Shown: positions 1-7,052 of the stretch, piece after piece
How the letters are laid out: every line of letters starts with the position of its first letter
How positions within the stretch are numbered: position 1 is the stretch's first letter
Assembly (NCBI GenBank): GCA_963787125.1
Contig: CAWBBV010000017.1
Location: 1-13,242, forward strand
Direction: 5' to 3'
Source of the DNA: an uncultured delta proteobacterium
GTDB lineage: Bacteria > Desulfobacterota > Desulfuromonadia > Geobacterales > DSM-12255
Length of the DNA: 13,242 bases
Position numbers and translations under genes: made by a program
Notes under the pieces: model-generated
Told to the model about the DNA's origin: nothing
Seen by the model: only the letters and a program-made list of their open reading frames with translations
Database searches by the model: none

Positions 1-197
1 ATCGACATAGCAGCTCCTGTCTGGAAATAATTCCATGCAGAATACTGTCATGCTGGTTGGCTCCCCTAAAAAATCCAAAGTGGCAAATAACTCTGGTCCC
101 GGTATCGACTAAACTGGCAAATTAAGTTGACCCAGGGGGTGGCAAATAACTTTGGTCACACCTTGTCTAAAGTGGAAATTTACCATGGTCCTCGACA
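1..197. mobile_element. One end of an IS21-family-like insertion sequence; the rest of the element lies left of the window
   Basis: The minus strand reads TGTCGAGGACCATGGTAAATTTCCACTTT from 197 (TG terminus). Four related ~24-bp direct repeats lie inside this end, the multiple-repeat architecture typical of IS21-family ends. ParB similarity of ORF 109..351 stops exactly at 198/197. No transposase is visible, so family and left/right end are inferred. Confidence 0.75.
77..192 (+). repeat. Four imperfect ~24-bp direct repeats (putative transposase-binding sites)
   Basis: 77 aaagtggcaaataactctggtccc; 111 aaactggcaaattaagttgaccca; 136 ggggtggcaaataactttggtcac; 169 aaagtggaaatttaccatggtcct. Copies 1 and 3 share gtggcaaataactYtggtc (18/19). 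Start-to-start spacing is 34, 25 and 33 bp. Confidence 0.9.
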
Positions 198-351
198 GTT
201 GAAGCACGCCATGACTGGTGATGGAAGCCGCCAGCTCTCCTAAAGCCTGCTCGTCAAAAAACTTGCGCGGCTGCTCTGGGTCGGGGGTGATCCGGCTCAA
301 TTCAAGCAGGTACAGTTTGCCTTTTTCATAGGTTGGTATACTGCCGGCCAT
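198..351 (-). pseudogene. 5' fragment (51 codons) of a ParB/Srx N-terminal-domain protein, interrupted by the IS
   Basis: ITPDPEQPRKFFDEQALGELAASITSHGVLQ matches the ParB N-terminal pattern (I.P.P.QPR..FD...L.ELA.SI...GvLQPi.VR). After Gln51 only the first C of the expected Pro codon (198) remains before the TG terminus. AAGGAG RBS lies upstream of the ATG at 351. The last 29 aa of the 80-aa ORF are read from IS sequence. Confidence 0.85.
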
Positions 352-398
352 AACAGTGACTCCTTATAAAGAGCGTAAACATCAATGAATATGCATAG

Positions 399-427
399 TT
401 AGTATCCTATGCTCACTTTAAAGTCAA
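399..427 (-). promoter_or_regulatory. Candidate sigma70-type promoter of the parB-like gene
   Basis: TTGACT (427-422), 17 bp, TACTAA (404-399). A 6-bp inverted repeat gcatag-N8-ctatgc (393-412) overlaps the -10. Confidence 0.45.
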
Positions 428-441
428 CAGCCATTTCACCT

Positions 442-1605
442 TTAATTTGACAGAAATTGAGGAAAGGTGTCCGGTTTGAGATCCAGCAAGAACTCTTCAC
501 AGGGGAGGCACAAAATATCATCTATCAATAAACGCTCCTTGCCGCGATACAACAGCCAGCGACGACTCTCCGGAAAATCCTCGCCGAATTTTTTGAGCCC
601 GCGCAAATCTTCCGGTCTCACCTTGCCGGAGTTCTTGACTTCCAGCGCGTGAAAACCGTTTTCGCCGTAGACCACAAAATCAATTTCCACTTTCGACCGC
701 GTTTGCCAGTAATACAGTCGATGATTGCCTCCGGAATAATCGCACCACGCCCGAAGTTGCTGGGCAATCAGACCTTCCAGTGCAGCTCCGTCTATCTCAG
801 CAGGCGAATCCAGTGGCCCGGCAGGGCGATTGGCGCGAAAGACTCCGGCATCAAAATAATAAAATTTGGGATGCACCGCCAGTTCACGCTGTGCCCGCCT
901 GGTGAATACCGGCACCCGGAATGCCAACAGCAGATCCTCCAGAATCTCCAGAAATCCTTCCACGGTCTTGCGGTTTACCTGGCACTCGCGGGCCACGCTC
1001 GCCAGATTGAGCACAGCGCCATGGGAAAAACTGATAGCTTCAAGGAAGCGGGAAAAACTGCCGACCGAGCGGACCAGCCCTTCCATCTGCACCTCTTCAC
1101 GTAAGTAAAGGCCATTATAGGCACGCAAGATTTCCGCCGGGTTTTTTGCAGCCAGTACAACCGGCAGCATTCCGAGCCGCAGGGCTTCGTCGAGCCGGAA
1201 ATGGGAACCGAGTTCGGCGGCCATAAACGGATGCAGCGATTTCAGTGCGGCACGCCCTCCCAGAAGATTCACACCGGCTCGCCGCAATTTACGGGCACTT
1301 GACCCGGTAAAGATGAACTGCACATCCCGCTTTTCTTCGATCAGCAGATGGGCAACTTCCAGCAGATCTGGGAGTTTCTGGACTTCGTCAACAAGAACTT
1401 GTCTGGCTTCGGGTCTGGCTGCCAGCAGTTCACGCAGCCGCTCAGGGCGTGCAGACATAGATCGCACAGTTTCGGGATCCAGCAGGTCAATCCTGAGAGC
1501 ATCGGGAAAGAGCCTTTGCGTGAGCCAGGTCTTGCCGGTGCCGCGTGGACCAAGGAGAAAAAAGTGATCAGCGGGAGGCGTGAAATATCGAGGTGTAGAT
1601 TCCAT
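442..1605 (-). CDS. AAA+ superfamily ATPase with central wHTH and C-terminal PD-(D/E)XK nuclease-like domain (AAA_14 + DUF4143 type), 387 aa
   Basis: Walker A GPRGTGKT, Walker B VLVDEVQ, TGSS and GR motifs, HTH-like LNLASVARECQVNRKTVEGFLEILED, PKFYYFDAG, and YWQT..KVEIDFVV..ALEVK. Start moved from the TTG at 1644 (which is the -35 box) to ATG 1605 (MESTPR); the start is an inference. Confidence 0.88.
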   Translation of the reverse strand: MESTPRYFTPPADHFFLLGPRGTGKTWLTQRLFPDALRIDLLDPETVRSMSARPERLRELLAARPEARQVLVDEVQKLPDLLEVAHLLIEEKRDVQFIFTGSSARKLRRAGVNLLGGRAALKSLHPFMAAELGSHFRLDEALRLGMLPVVLAAKNPAEILRAYNGLYLREEVQMEGLVRSVGSFSRFLEAISFSHGAVLNLASVARECQVNRKTVEGFLEILEDLLLAFRVPVFTRRAQRELAVHPKFYYFDAGVFRANRPAGPLDSPAEIDGAALEGLIAQQLRAWCDYSGGNHRLYYWQTRSKVEIDFVVYGENGFHALEVKNSGKVRPEDLRGLKKFGEDFPESRRWLLYRGKERLLIDDILCLPCEEFLLDLKPDTFPQFLSN

Positions 1606-1644
1606 AATGTGTCGCATTATGGAAACAGAAGGAGTTTTTTGCAA
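1600..1644 (-). promoter_or_regulatory. Promoter plus palindromic operator over the ATPase start
   Basis: TTGCAA (1644-1639), 17 bp, CATAAT (1621-1616). The perfect inverted repeat ttccataatg-tgtcg-cattatggaa (1600-1624) covers the -10 and the ATG at 1605. No Shine-Dalgarno sequence between them. Confidence 0.65.
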
Positions 1645-1668
1645 GCCAAATCATGACGATAAAATGGA

Positions 1669-1792
1669 ATTCCGATTCTAAATCAAAGATGAAATCAAGG
1701 CGGCGAGGATTGAGGCGACGAAGCAGTACACCAGTACGCTGAGGAGCCGAAGACGAGCCAACGAAGATAGCGCTTTGATTTAGAATCGGAAT
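1669..1792. mobile_element. 124-bp MITE-like / multicopy palindromic intergenic element
   Basis: Perfect 20-bp terminal inverted repeats attccgattctaaatcaaag (1669-1688) and ctttgatttagaatcggaat (1773-1792). Purine-rich core with a central agc(a)gtac-acca-gtacgct hairpin. No coding capacity and no clear target duplication. Confidence 0.75.
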
Positions 1793-1827
1793 AATCTGCA
1801 AAGAGAGATGGGAAGGGTTGCGCTGAC

Positions 1828-1857
1828 AAAGAAAAAGGCGCTGGAAAGCGCCTTTTC
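1828..1857 (-). terminator. Intrinsic terminator closing the pyr/greA/DUF1858 transcript
   Basis: Perfect 10-bp stem aaaaggcgct/agcgcctttt (1833-1842, 1847-1856) with a 4-nt loop. On the minus strand it runs into UUUUUCUUU, about 28 bp after the DUF1858 stop. Confidence 0.85.
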
Positions 1858-1884
1858 TAAAACTACAAACAACGTCTATTTCAG

Positions 1885-2082
1885 CTACACCAGTTCGTTC
1901 AGATCCTTCAGCAGCTCGTTGACATCCAGCCCGTGAGCATTTGCCCCCTGCTCCAGCGATTCGTTTTGAGCTCCCATGCAGCCGATGCAGCCGAGGTTGT
2001 ACTTGCGCAGCACCTGTGCTACTTCAGGGTGTGTCTGCAGCGCCTGCGAAAATGTCATATCCTTGTTGAATTTCTCACTCAT
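1885..2082 (-). CDS. DUF1858-domain small protein with CxxC (hybrid-cluster-protein-associated redox disulfide domain type), 65 aa
   Basis: KDMT..AL..HPEVAQVL.KY.LGCIGC.GA..ESLEQGA.AHGLD..LL..LN pattern; AAGGAG RBS upstream. Confidence 0.85.
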   Translation of the reverse strand: MSEKFNKDMTFSQALQTHPEVAQVLRKYNLGCIGCMGAQNESLEQGANAHGLDVNELLKDLNELV

Positions 2083-2141
2083 GACGGCTCTCCTTTTAAA
2101 TTGAACGGTTAAAAAACACAGTGGCAGCGTTGATGCAATCT

Positions 2142-2618
2142 TTACAGGTACTTTATTTCGACAATTTCATACTCTCTGGTCCCTGAAGGGACTTTTGCCT
2201 TGACGGTGTCATCGATTTTATGGCCGATCAGCGCCTTGCCAACCGGTGAGGTGCAGGAGATCTTGCCGAGTTTGATGTCGGCCTCTTCCTCACCGACGAT
2301 TTTGTAGATAACCTCTTCTTCGCTGGCAGTGTCATAAAGGGTGACTGTCGCGCCGAAAACGACTTTATCCGGTTTAAGGTTAGTGAGGTCAACTACATAG
2401 GCACGGGCGAGTTTGTCCTGCAGCTCCTGAATACGCCCTTCGATAAAGCCCTGCTTGTTTTTGGCGGCATCATATTCGGCATTTTCCGAAAGATCGCCAT
2501 GGGCGCGTGCTTCTGCTATGTCTTGAATCACTTTCGGCCGCTCTTCGCGGATCATCCGCTTTAGTTCATCCTGCATTGCTTCATGACTCTCTTTAGTCAT
2601 CGGTACCGATTGTGACAT
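2142..2618 (-). CDS. greA: Transcription elongation factor GreA
   Basis: ARAHGDLSENAEYDAAK (acidic tip residues), VVFGATV, ISCTSPVGKALIG; 158 aa; AAGGAG RBS. Confidence 0.97.
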   Translation of the reverse strand: MSQSVPMTKESHEAMQDELKRMIREERPKVIQDIAEARAHGDLSENAEYDAAKNKQGFIEGRIQELQDKLARAYVVDLTNLKPDKVVFGATVTLYDTASEEEVIYKIVGEEEADIKLGKISCTSPVGKALIGHKIDDTVKAKVPSGTREYEIVEIKYL

Positions 2619-2634
2619 TAAGTAAAGGCTCCTT

Positions 2635-2674
2635 AAAAAAAACTGCCGGGGCGGCTATTGATGAGCCGTCCCGG
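2635..2674 (-). terminator. Terminator-like hairpin between carB and greA
   Basis: mRNA CCGGGACGGCU-caucaau-AGCCGCCCCGG (11-bp stem, one mismatch), then CAG and U8, ending just before the greA AAGGAG. Confidence 0.65.
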
Positions 2675-2703
2675 AAATGACAATATATATGAAGTTGGCT
2701 GAA

Positions 2704-5700
2704 TCAGGCAAGGAAATCTTGCAGCGCCTTTACACCGAGGCCATCTTGCTGAATTGAGACTATTGCGTCAACTGCAGCTCTGGCGCCGGAAACCGTGGTG
2801 AAGTAGGTGACGCCGCTTGCCAGTGTCTCCCGTCTGATGGAGAAAGAGTCGGCAACAGCCTGCGCGCCGTGAGTGGTGTTGATAACCATGGCAATATCGC
2901 CATTTTTAATATTGTCAACAATGTGCGGTCTCCCCTCCAGTACCTTGTTGACGGTCTGCACAGTTACGCCTCTCTCTCTCAGATAGACGGCAGTCCCCCT
3001 GGTGGCAAGGATCTGGAAGCCGGCGTTGCTGAGATTTTCCGCAATCTGGACGAGATGTCTCTTGTCGGCATCCTTGACGCTGATAAACACCTTGCCTTTG
3101 GTCGGCAGCTTTACGCCGGCCCCCAGCTGCGCTTTGGCAAACGCTTTGGCAAAGGTATCGTCAATCCCCATAACTTCGCCGGTTGATTTCATCTCCGGGC
3201 CGAGAATGGTGTCGACACCGGGGAATTTGACAAAGGGGAAGACCGACTCTTTGACGGCGACGTGGTTGATTTTGATCTCTTCAGTGATCCCCTGCTCTTT
3301 GAGGCTGCGGCCACCCATGATGCTGGCGGCGATCTTGGCAAGAGGACGACCGGTAGCTTTGGAGACAAATGGTGAGGTCCTTGATGCCCGCGGATTAACC
3401 TCAAGAATAAAGATTTCCTCCCCCTTCAGGGCGAACTGGACGTTCATCAGCCCTTTGACATTGAGTTCGAGGGCCATCATGCTCGTCTGTTTTCTGATCT
3501 CATCAACGACTTCTTCAGAGATAGAGTAGGGGGGGAGCGAACAGGCAGAGTCACCGGAATGAATCCCGGCCTCTTCGATATGCTCCATGATCCCGCCGAT
3601 AACAACATCAGTGCCGTCGCAGAGAGCATCCACATCAATCTCAATCGCTTCATCGAGGAATTTGTCGATCAGGATCGGATGCTCCGGTGAAGCCTGAACT
3701 GCGGTATGCATATAGCGGCGCAGGTTGTCCACATCATAGACAATCTCCATTGCCCGCCCGCCAAGAACATAGGAGGGGCGCACAACTACCGGATAACCGA
3801 TGCGATCGGCCACGGCTTCCGCCTCCTCAAAGGAACGGGCAGTGCCGTTCTCCGGCTGTTTGAGCCCCAGTTTATGGAGCATCTCCTGAAACCGTTCGCG
3901 ATCTTCGGCGCGGTCGATCGAGTCGGGGGAGGTGCCGATGATCGGCACTCCAGCCTTCTCCAGAGCGACAGCAAGCTTGAGCGGCGTCTGGCCGCCAAAC
4001 TGGACGATGACTCCGTAAGGCTTTTCAATGTCAACTATGGAGAGGACGTCCTCATAGGTAAGCGGTTCGAAGTAGAGCCGGTCGGAGGTATCGTAGTCAG
4101 TCGAAACGGTTTCCGGATTGCAGTTGACCATGATCGTCTCAAAGCCGTCGGCGCCAAGGGCAAACACCCCATGGACGCAGCAGTAGTCGAACTCGATCCC
4201 CTGGCCGATCCGGTTCGGACCGCCACCGAGGATGATGATCTTCTTGCGGTCGGTTACGTCTGCTTCACACTCTTCTTCATAGGTAGAGTAGAGATACGGG
4301 GTGTAAGCGACGAACTCGGCAGCGCAGGTGTCTACCCGCTTGAATACAGGCTTTACACCAAGTGATAGTCGCAATTGGCGTATTTCCTCGTCGTTTTTAC
4401 CCCAGAGTCTCCCCAGGAACTTGTCACTAAAGCCGTACTGTTTTGCCTCCAGGATTATAGCTCTGAGTTTTTCCTTATCTTCCGAGTCTACCTTAACCTG
4501 CTTCAGTTCCTCTTCCTTCTCAATGATCTGACGAATATTGTGGAGAAACCAGGGGTCAATGGCGGTTATTTCATGAATCTCTTCAACAGTCATGCCGGAA
4601 CGTAAAGCGTCGCCGAGATACCAGACACGGTCACAGTTTGGTGTCCTCAGTTTCTCAACAAGGGTCTGCTGCTCCTTTGGAGTCAGCGCTCTTCTGGTCT
4701 CGCTGGCAAGGTCAAAAAGACGCGATTCAAAGCCGGCTGAGCCGATCTCCAGGGAGCGAAGCGCCTTTTGGAATGACTCCTTGAAGGTACGGCCAATAGC
4801 CATAACTTCACCGACAGATTTCATCTGGGTGGTGAGGGTAGCATCGGCAGTCGGGAACTTTTCAAAGGTGAAGCGCGGAATCTTGGTGACAACATAGTCT
4901 ATGGTCGGCTCGAAACAGGCCGGAGTCTCTCTGGTAATATCATTAATGATTTCATCGAGGCGGTAGCCGACAGCCAGCTTTGCCGCGATTTTGGCGATCG
5001 GGAAACCGGTTGCCTTTGATGCCAGGGCAGAAGAGCGCGAGACACGGGGATTCATTTCGATAACTACCAGTCTGCCGTCCTTCGGGTTGATGCCGAACTG
5101 GATGTTGGAGCCCCCGGTGTCCACACCGATTTCGCGGATGATCTTGAGGCTGGCATCACGGAGTATCTGGTACTCTTTGTCGGTGAGCGTCTGTGCCGGA
5201 GCAACAGTTATGGAGTCACCGGTGTGAACGCCCATCGGGTCGAAGTTCTCAATGGAACAGACAATAACCACGTTGTCAGCAGTATCTCGCATGACCTCAA
5301 GTTCGTACTCTTTCCAGCCGATAACTGACTCTTCCACCAGAATTTCATCTGTTGGCGATGCATCGATACCTGCTATTGCCATCCGCTCGTACTCTTGCAT
5401 GTTGTAGGCAATGCCGCCGCCGGTGCCGCCTAGAGTAAAGGATGGCCGGATAATCGTCGGAAAGCCGATCTCTTTAATAACTTCCATGGCTTCGGCATAA
5501 TTGTGCGCCAGACCGGATTTGGGGATGTCGAGGCCGATCTTCTGCATGGCCGCTTTGAAGAGGGTGCGATCCTCGGCTTTCTTGATCGCCGGGAGCTTGG
5601 CGCCGATCAGCTCGACCCCGAATTTTTCCAGAATTCCCATTTCGGCAACAGCTACAGCCGTGTTGAGAGCAGTCTGGCCGCCAAGTGTCGGCAGAATCGC

Positions 5701-5952
5701 GTCAGGGCGCTCCTTCTCGATGATTTTGGCAAGAATCTCCGGGGTAACCGGTTCCACATAGGTGCGATCGGCAAAGTCCGGATCGGTCATGATGGTTGCC
5801 GGGTTACTGTTGAGCAGGATAACCTCGTAACCTTCTTCCTTCAGTGCCTTACAGGCCTGGGTGCCCGAATAGTCGAACTCGCATGCCTGGCCGATGACTA
5901 TTGGGCCGGCGCCGATGATAAGGATCTTTTTTATGTCTGTACGTTTTGGCAT
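2704..5952 (-). CDS. carB: Carbamoyl-phosphate synthase large subunit
   Basis: [30 protein letters not shown], two ATP-grasp halves ([34 protein letters not shown]), C-terminal MGS-like domain; 1082 aa; AAGGAG RBS. Confidence 0.99.
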   Translation of the reverse strand: MPKRTDIKKILIIGAGPIVIGQACEFDYSGTQACKALKEEGYEVILLNSNPATIMTDPDFADRTYVEPVTPEILAKIIEKERPDAILPTLGGQTALNTAVAVAEMGILEKFGVELIGAKLPAIKKAEDRTLFKAAMQKIGLDIPKSGLAHNYAEAMEVIKEIGFPTIIRPSFTLGGTGGGIAYNMQEYERMAIAGIDASPTDEILVEESVIGWKEYELEVMRDTADNVVIVCSIENFDPMGVHTGDSITVAPAQTLTDKEYQILRDASLKIIREIGVDTGGSNIQFGINPKDGRLVVIEMNPRVSRSSALASKATGFPIAKIAAKLAVGYRLDEIINDITRETPACFEPTIDYVVTKIPRFTFEKFPTADATLTTQMKSVGEVMAIGRTFKESFQKALRSLEIGSAGFESRLFDLASETRRALTPKEQQTLVEKLRTPNCDRVWYLGDALRSGMTVEEIHEITAIDPWFLHNIRQIIEKEEELKQVKVDSEDKEKLRAIILEAKQYGFSDKFLGRLWGKNDEEIRQLRLSLGVKPVFKRVDTCAAEFVAYTPYLYSTYEEECEADVTDRKKIIILGGGPNRIGQGIEFDYCCVHGVFALGADGFETIMVNCNPETVSTDYDTSDRLYFEPLTYEDVLSIVDIEKPYGVIVQFGGQTPLKLAVALEKAGVPIIGTSPDSIDRAEDRERFQEMLHKLGLKQPENGTARSFEEAEAVADRIGYPVVVRPSYVLGGRAMEIVYDVDNLRRYMHTAVQASPEHPILIDKFLDEAIEIDVDALCDGTDVVIGGIMEHIEEAGIHSGDSACSLPPYSISEEVVDEIRKQTSMMALELNVKGLMNVQFALKGEEIFILEVNPRASRTSPFVSKATGRPLAKIAASIMGGRSLKEQGITEEIKINHVAVKESVFPFVKFPGVDTILGPEMKSTGEVMGIDDTFAKAFAKAQLGAGVKLPTKGKVFISVKDADKRHLVQIAENLSNAGFQILATRGTAVYLRERGVTVQTVNKVLEGRPHIVDNIKNGDIAMVINTTHGAQAVADSFSIRRETLASGVTYFTTVSGARAAVDAIVSIQQDGLGVKALQDFLA

Positions 5953-6040
5953 TTACTTGTGACTCCTTCGATAATTTACCTGAAAATAAAAAAAACCGCT
6001 CCGGCCATACAGCACCCTGCCCAGAGGTAATTAGAGGTCC

Positions 6041-6967
6041 TCATACCGAGCCCCGCTCTTCTTCAAGCTCCTGGACCCAGCCGTTTTCCAGCCCGTATCT
6101 ATCAAGAGCCGTTGTTGCCTCATCATACTCAGCCTGGGTGAGGGGACGATTTATGCCTTCAGTATGAGCTGCCGTATGGGCAGGGAAGTATTGGCTCATC
6201 AGGGCAATGTGAGTATCAATACCGAGATTTTCAGCGATCCACCGAAGTGTTTCCCTGCTGCCTGCTTTTCCCTCGGGAAGGACCAGGTGTCGGATGATAA
6301 GACCCTTGACAGCAATTCCTTCATTATCAACTTGGAGATGCCCGGTCTGCCTGAACATCTCTCGAACGGCACAGCGGTTGATCTCCGGGTAGTGTGGCGC
6401 TGATGAAATCTCAACAGCACTACCGTCTTGCGCATATTTCATGTCAGGGAGGTAGATAGCAACTACTCCATCCAGGAGTTTCAACGTTTCAATCTTTTCG
6501 AAGCCGCTGGAGTTCCAGACAAGTGGCAGCTTGAAGCCGAGCGGGATGGCAAGCCAGAGCGCCGCGAGTATTTGCGGCAGGAAGTGCGTCGGCGTAACAA
6601 AATTGATGTTGTGTGCCCGCAGTCGTTGCAGTTTAAGCATTCTGGCTGCAAGCTCTCCGGTTGAAATCTCTTCGCCGTTGCCGAGCTGACTAATGGGGAA
6701 GTTCTGACAGAATCTGCATTTAAGGGAACAGCCGGAAAAAAAAATCGTACCTGAACCCCTGCTGCCCGATATTGGCGGCTCTTCGCCTTTGTGCAGGTTT
6801 GCCGAGGCTATTTTAGGTTTAAATCCTGCCCGGCAAATGCCCTGCTCAGCCTTCAAACGGTTGACTCCACAGTCATGAGGGCAGAGGTCGCATGACTGGA
6901 GCCGGGCATAGGCTGATTTTACCCGCTGCAGCAGTTCCCCCGAATTGTAAAGATCGATGTAGTTCAT
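6041..6967 (-). CDS. Radical SAM protein, PflX-like (uncharacterised PFL-activase-related family), 308 aa
   Basis: CSLKCRFCQN (CxxxCxxC), N-terminal CDLCPHDCGVNR, GEEPPISG..GSGTIFFSG, HNINFVTPTH, YLPDMKY, IIRHLVLP, LMSQYFP. The substrate cannot be read from the sequence. Confidence 0.88.
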   Translation of the reverse strand: MNYIDLYNSGELLQRVKSAYARLQSCDLCPHDCGVNRLKAEQGICRAGFKPKIASANLHKGEEPPISGSRGSGTIFFSGCSLKCRFCQNFPISQLGNGEEISTGELAARMLKLQRLRAHNINFVTPTHFLPQILAALWLAIPLGFKLPLVWNSSGFEKIETLKLLDGVVAIYLPDMKYAQDGSAVEISSAPHYPEINRCAVREMFRQTGHLQVDNEGIAVKGLIIRHLVLPEGKAGSRETLRWIAENLGIDTHIALMSQYFPAHTAAHTEGINRPLTQAEYDEATTALDRYGLENGWVQELEEERGSV

Positions 6968-6975
6968 AAAAAATC

Positions 6976-7052
6976 AGGTAGAGGTAAAGATAGATCAAAT
7001 CCACGTCAATCCTTAACTTCAGTTCTTTACCTTTACCTATTACCTTTACCTA
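6976..7052. repeat. Tandem TTACCT-type hexamer repeats with an inverted copy, forming a hairpin between carA and the radical SAM gene
   Basis: tttacc tttacc tattacc tttacc ta at 7026-7052. aggtagaggtaaaga (6976-6990) is the reverse complement of tctttacctttacct (7024-7038) at 14/15 positions. Confidence 0.75.

Noticed and set aside
77..192. Repeats as a mini CRISPR array
   Set aside because: Repeats are degenerate, the gaps are only about 1-10 bp, there are no cas genes, and the set ends in a TG/CA terminus at a gene breakpoint, which fits an IS end.
109..351. 80-aa ORF as an intact small protein
   Set aside because: It is a chimera: 51 ParB-like codons followed by read-through into IS sequence.
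1568..1801. 77-aa minus-strand ORF
   Set aside because: It spans the palindromic element and the ATPase promoter, and has no family motif or RBS.
3706..4365. 219-aa plus-strand ORF and the other antisense or alternate-frame ORFs over the ATPase, carB, rSAM, carA, pyrC, pyrB, pyrR, pgsA, slt and arsR
   Set aside because: Shadow ORFs of well-conserved genes, with no recognisable motifs or translation signals.
6004..6016. 13-bp match gccatacagcacc also found at 13197-13209
   Set aside because: The second copy is coding sequence (VLYG) of the bioC-like gene and the enclosed region is core genes, so it is not an att or target-site pair; most likely chance.
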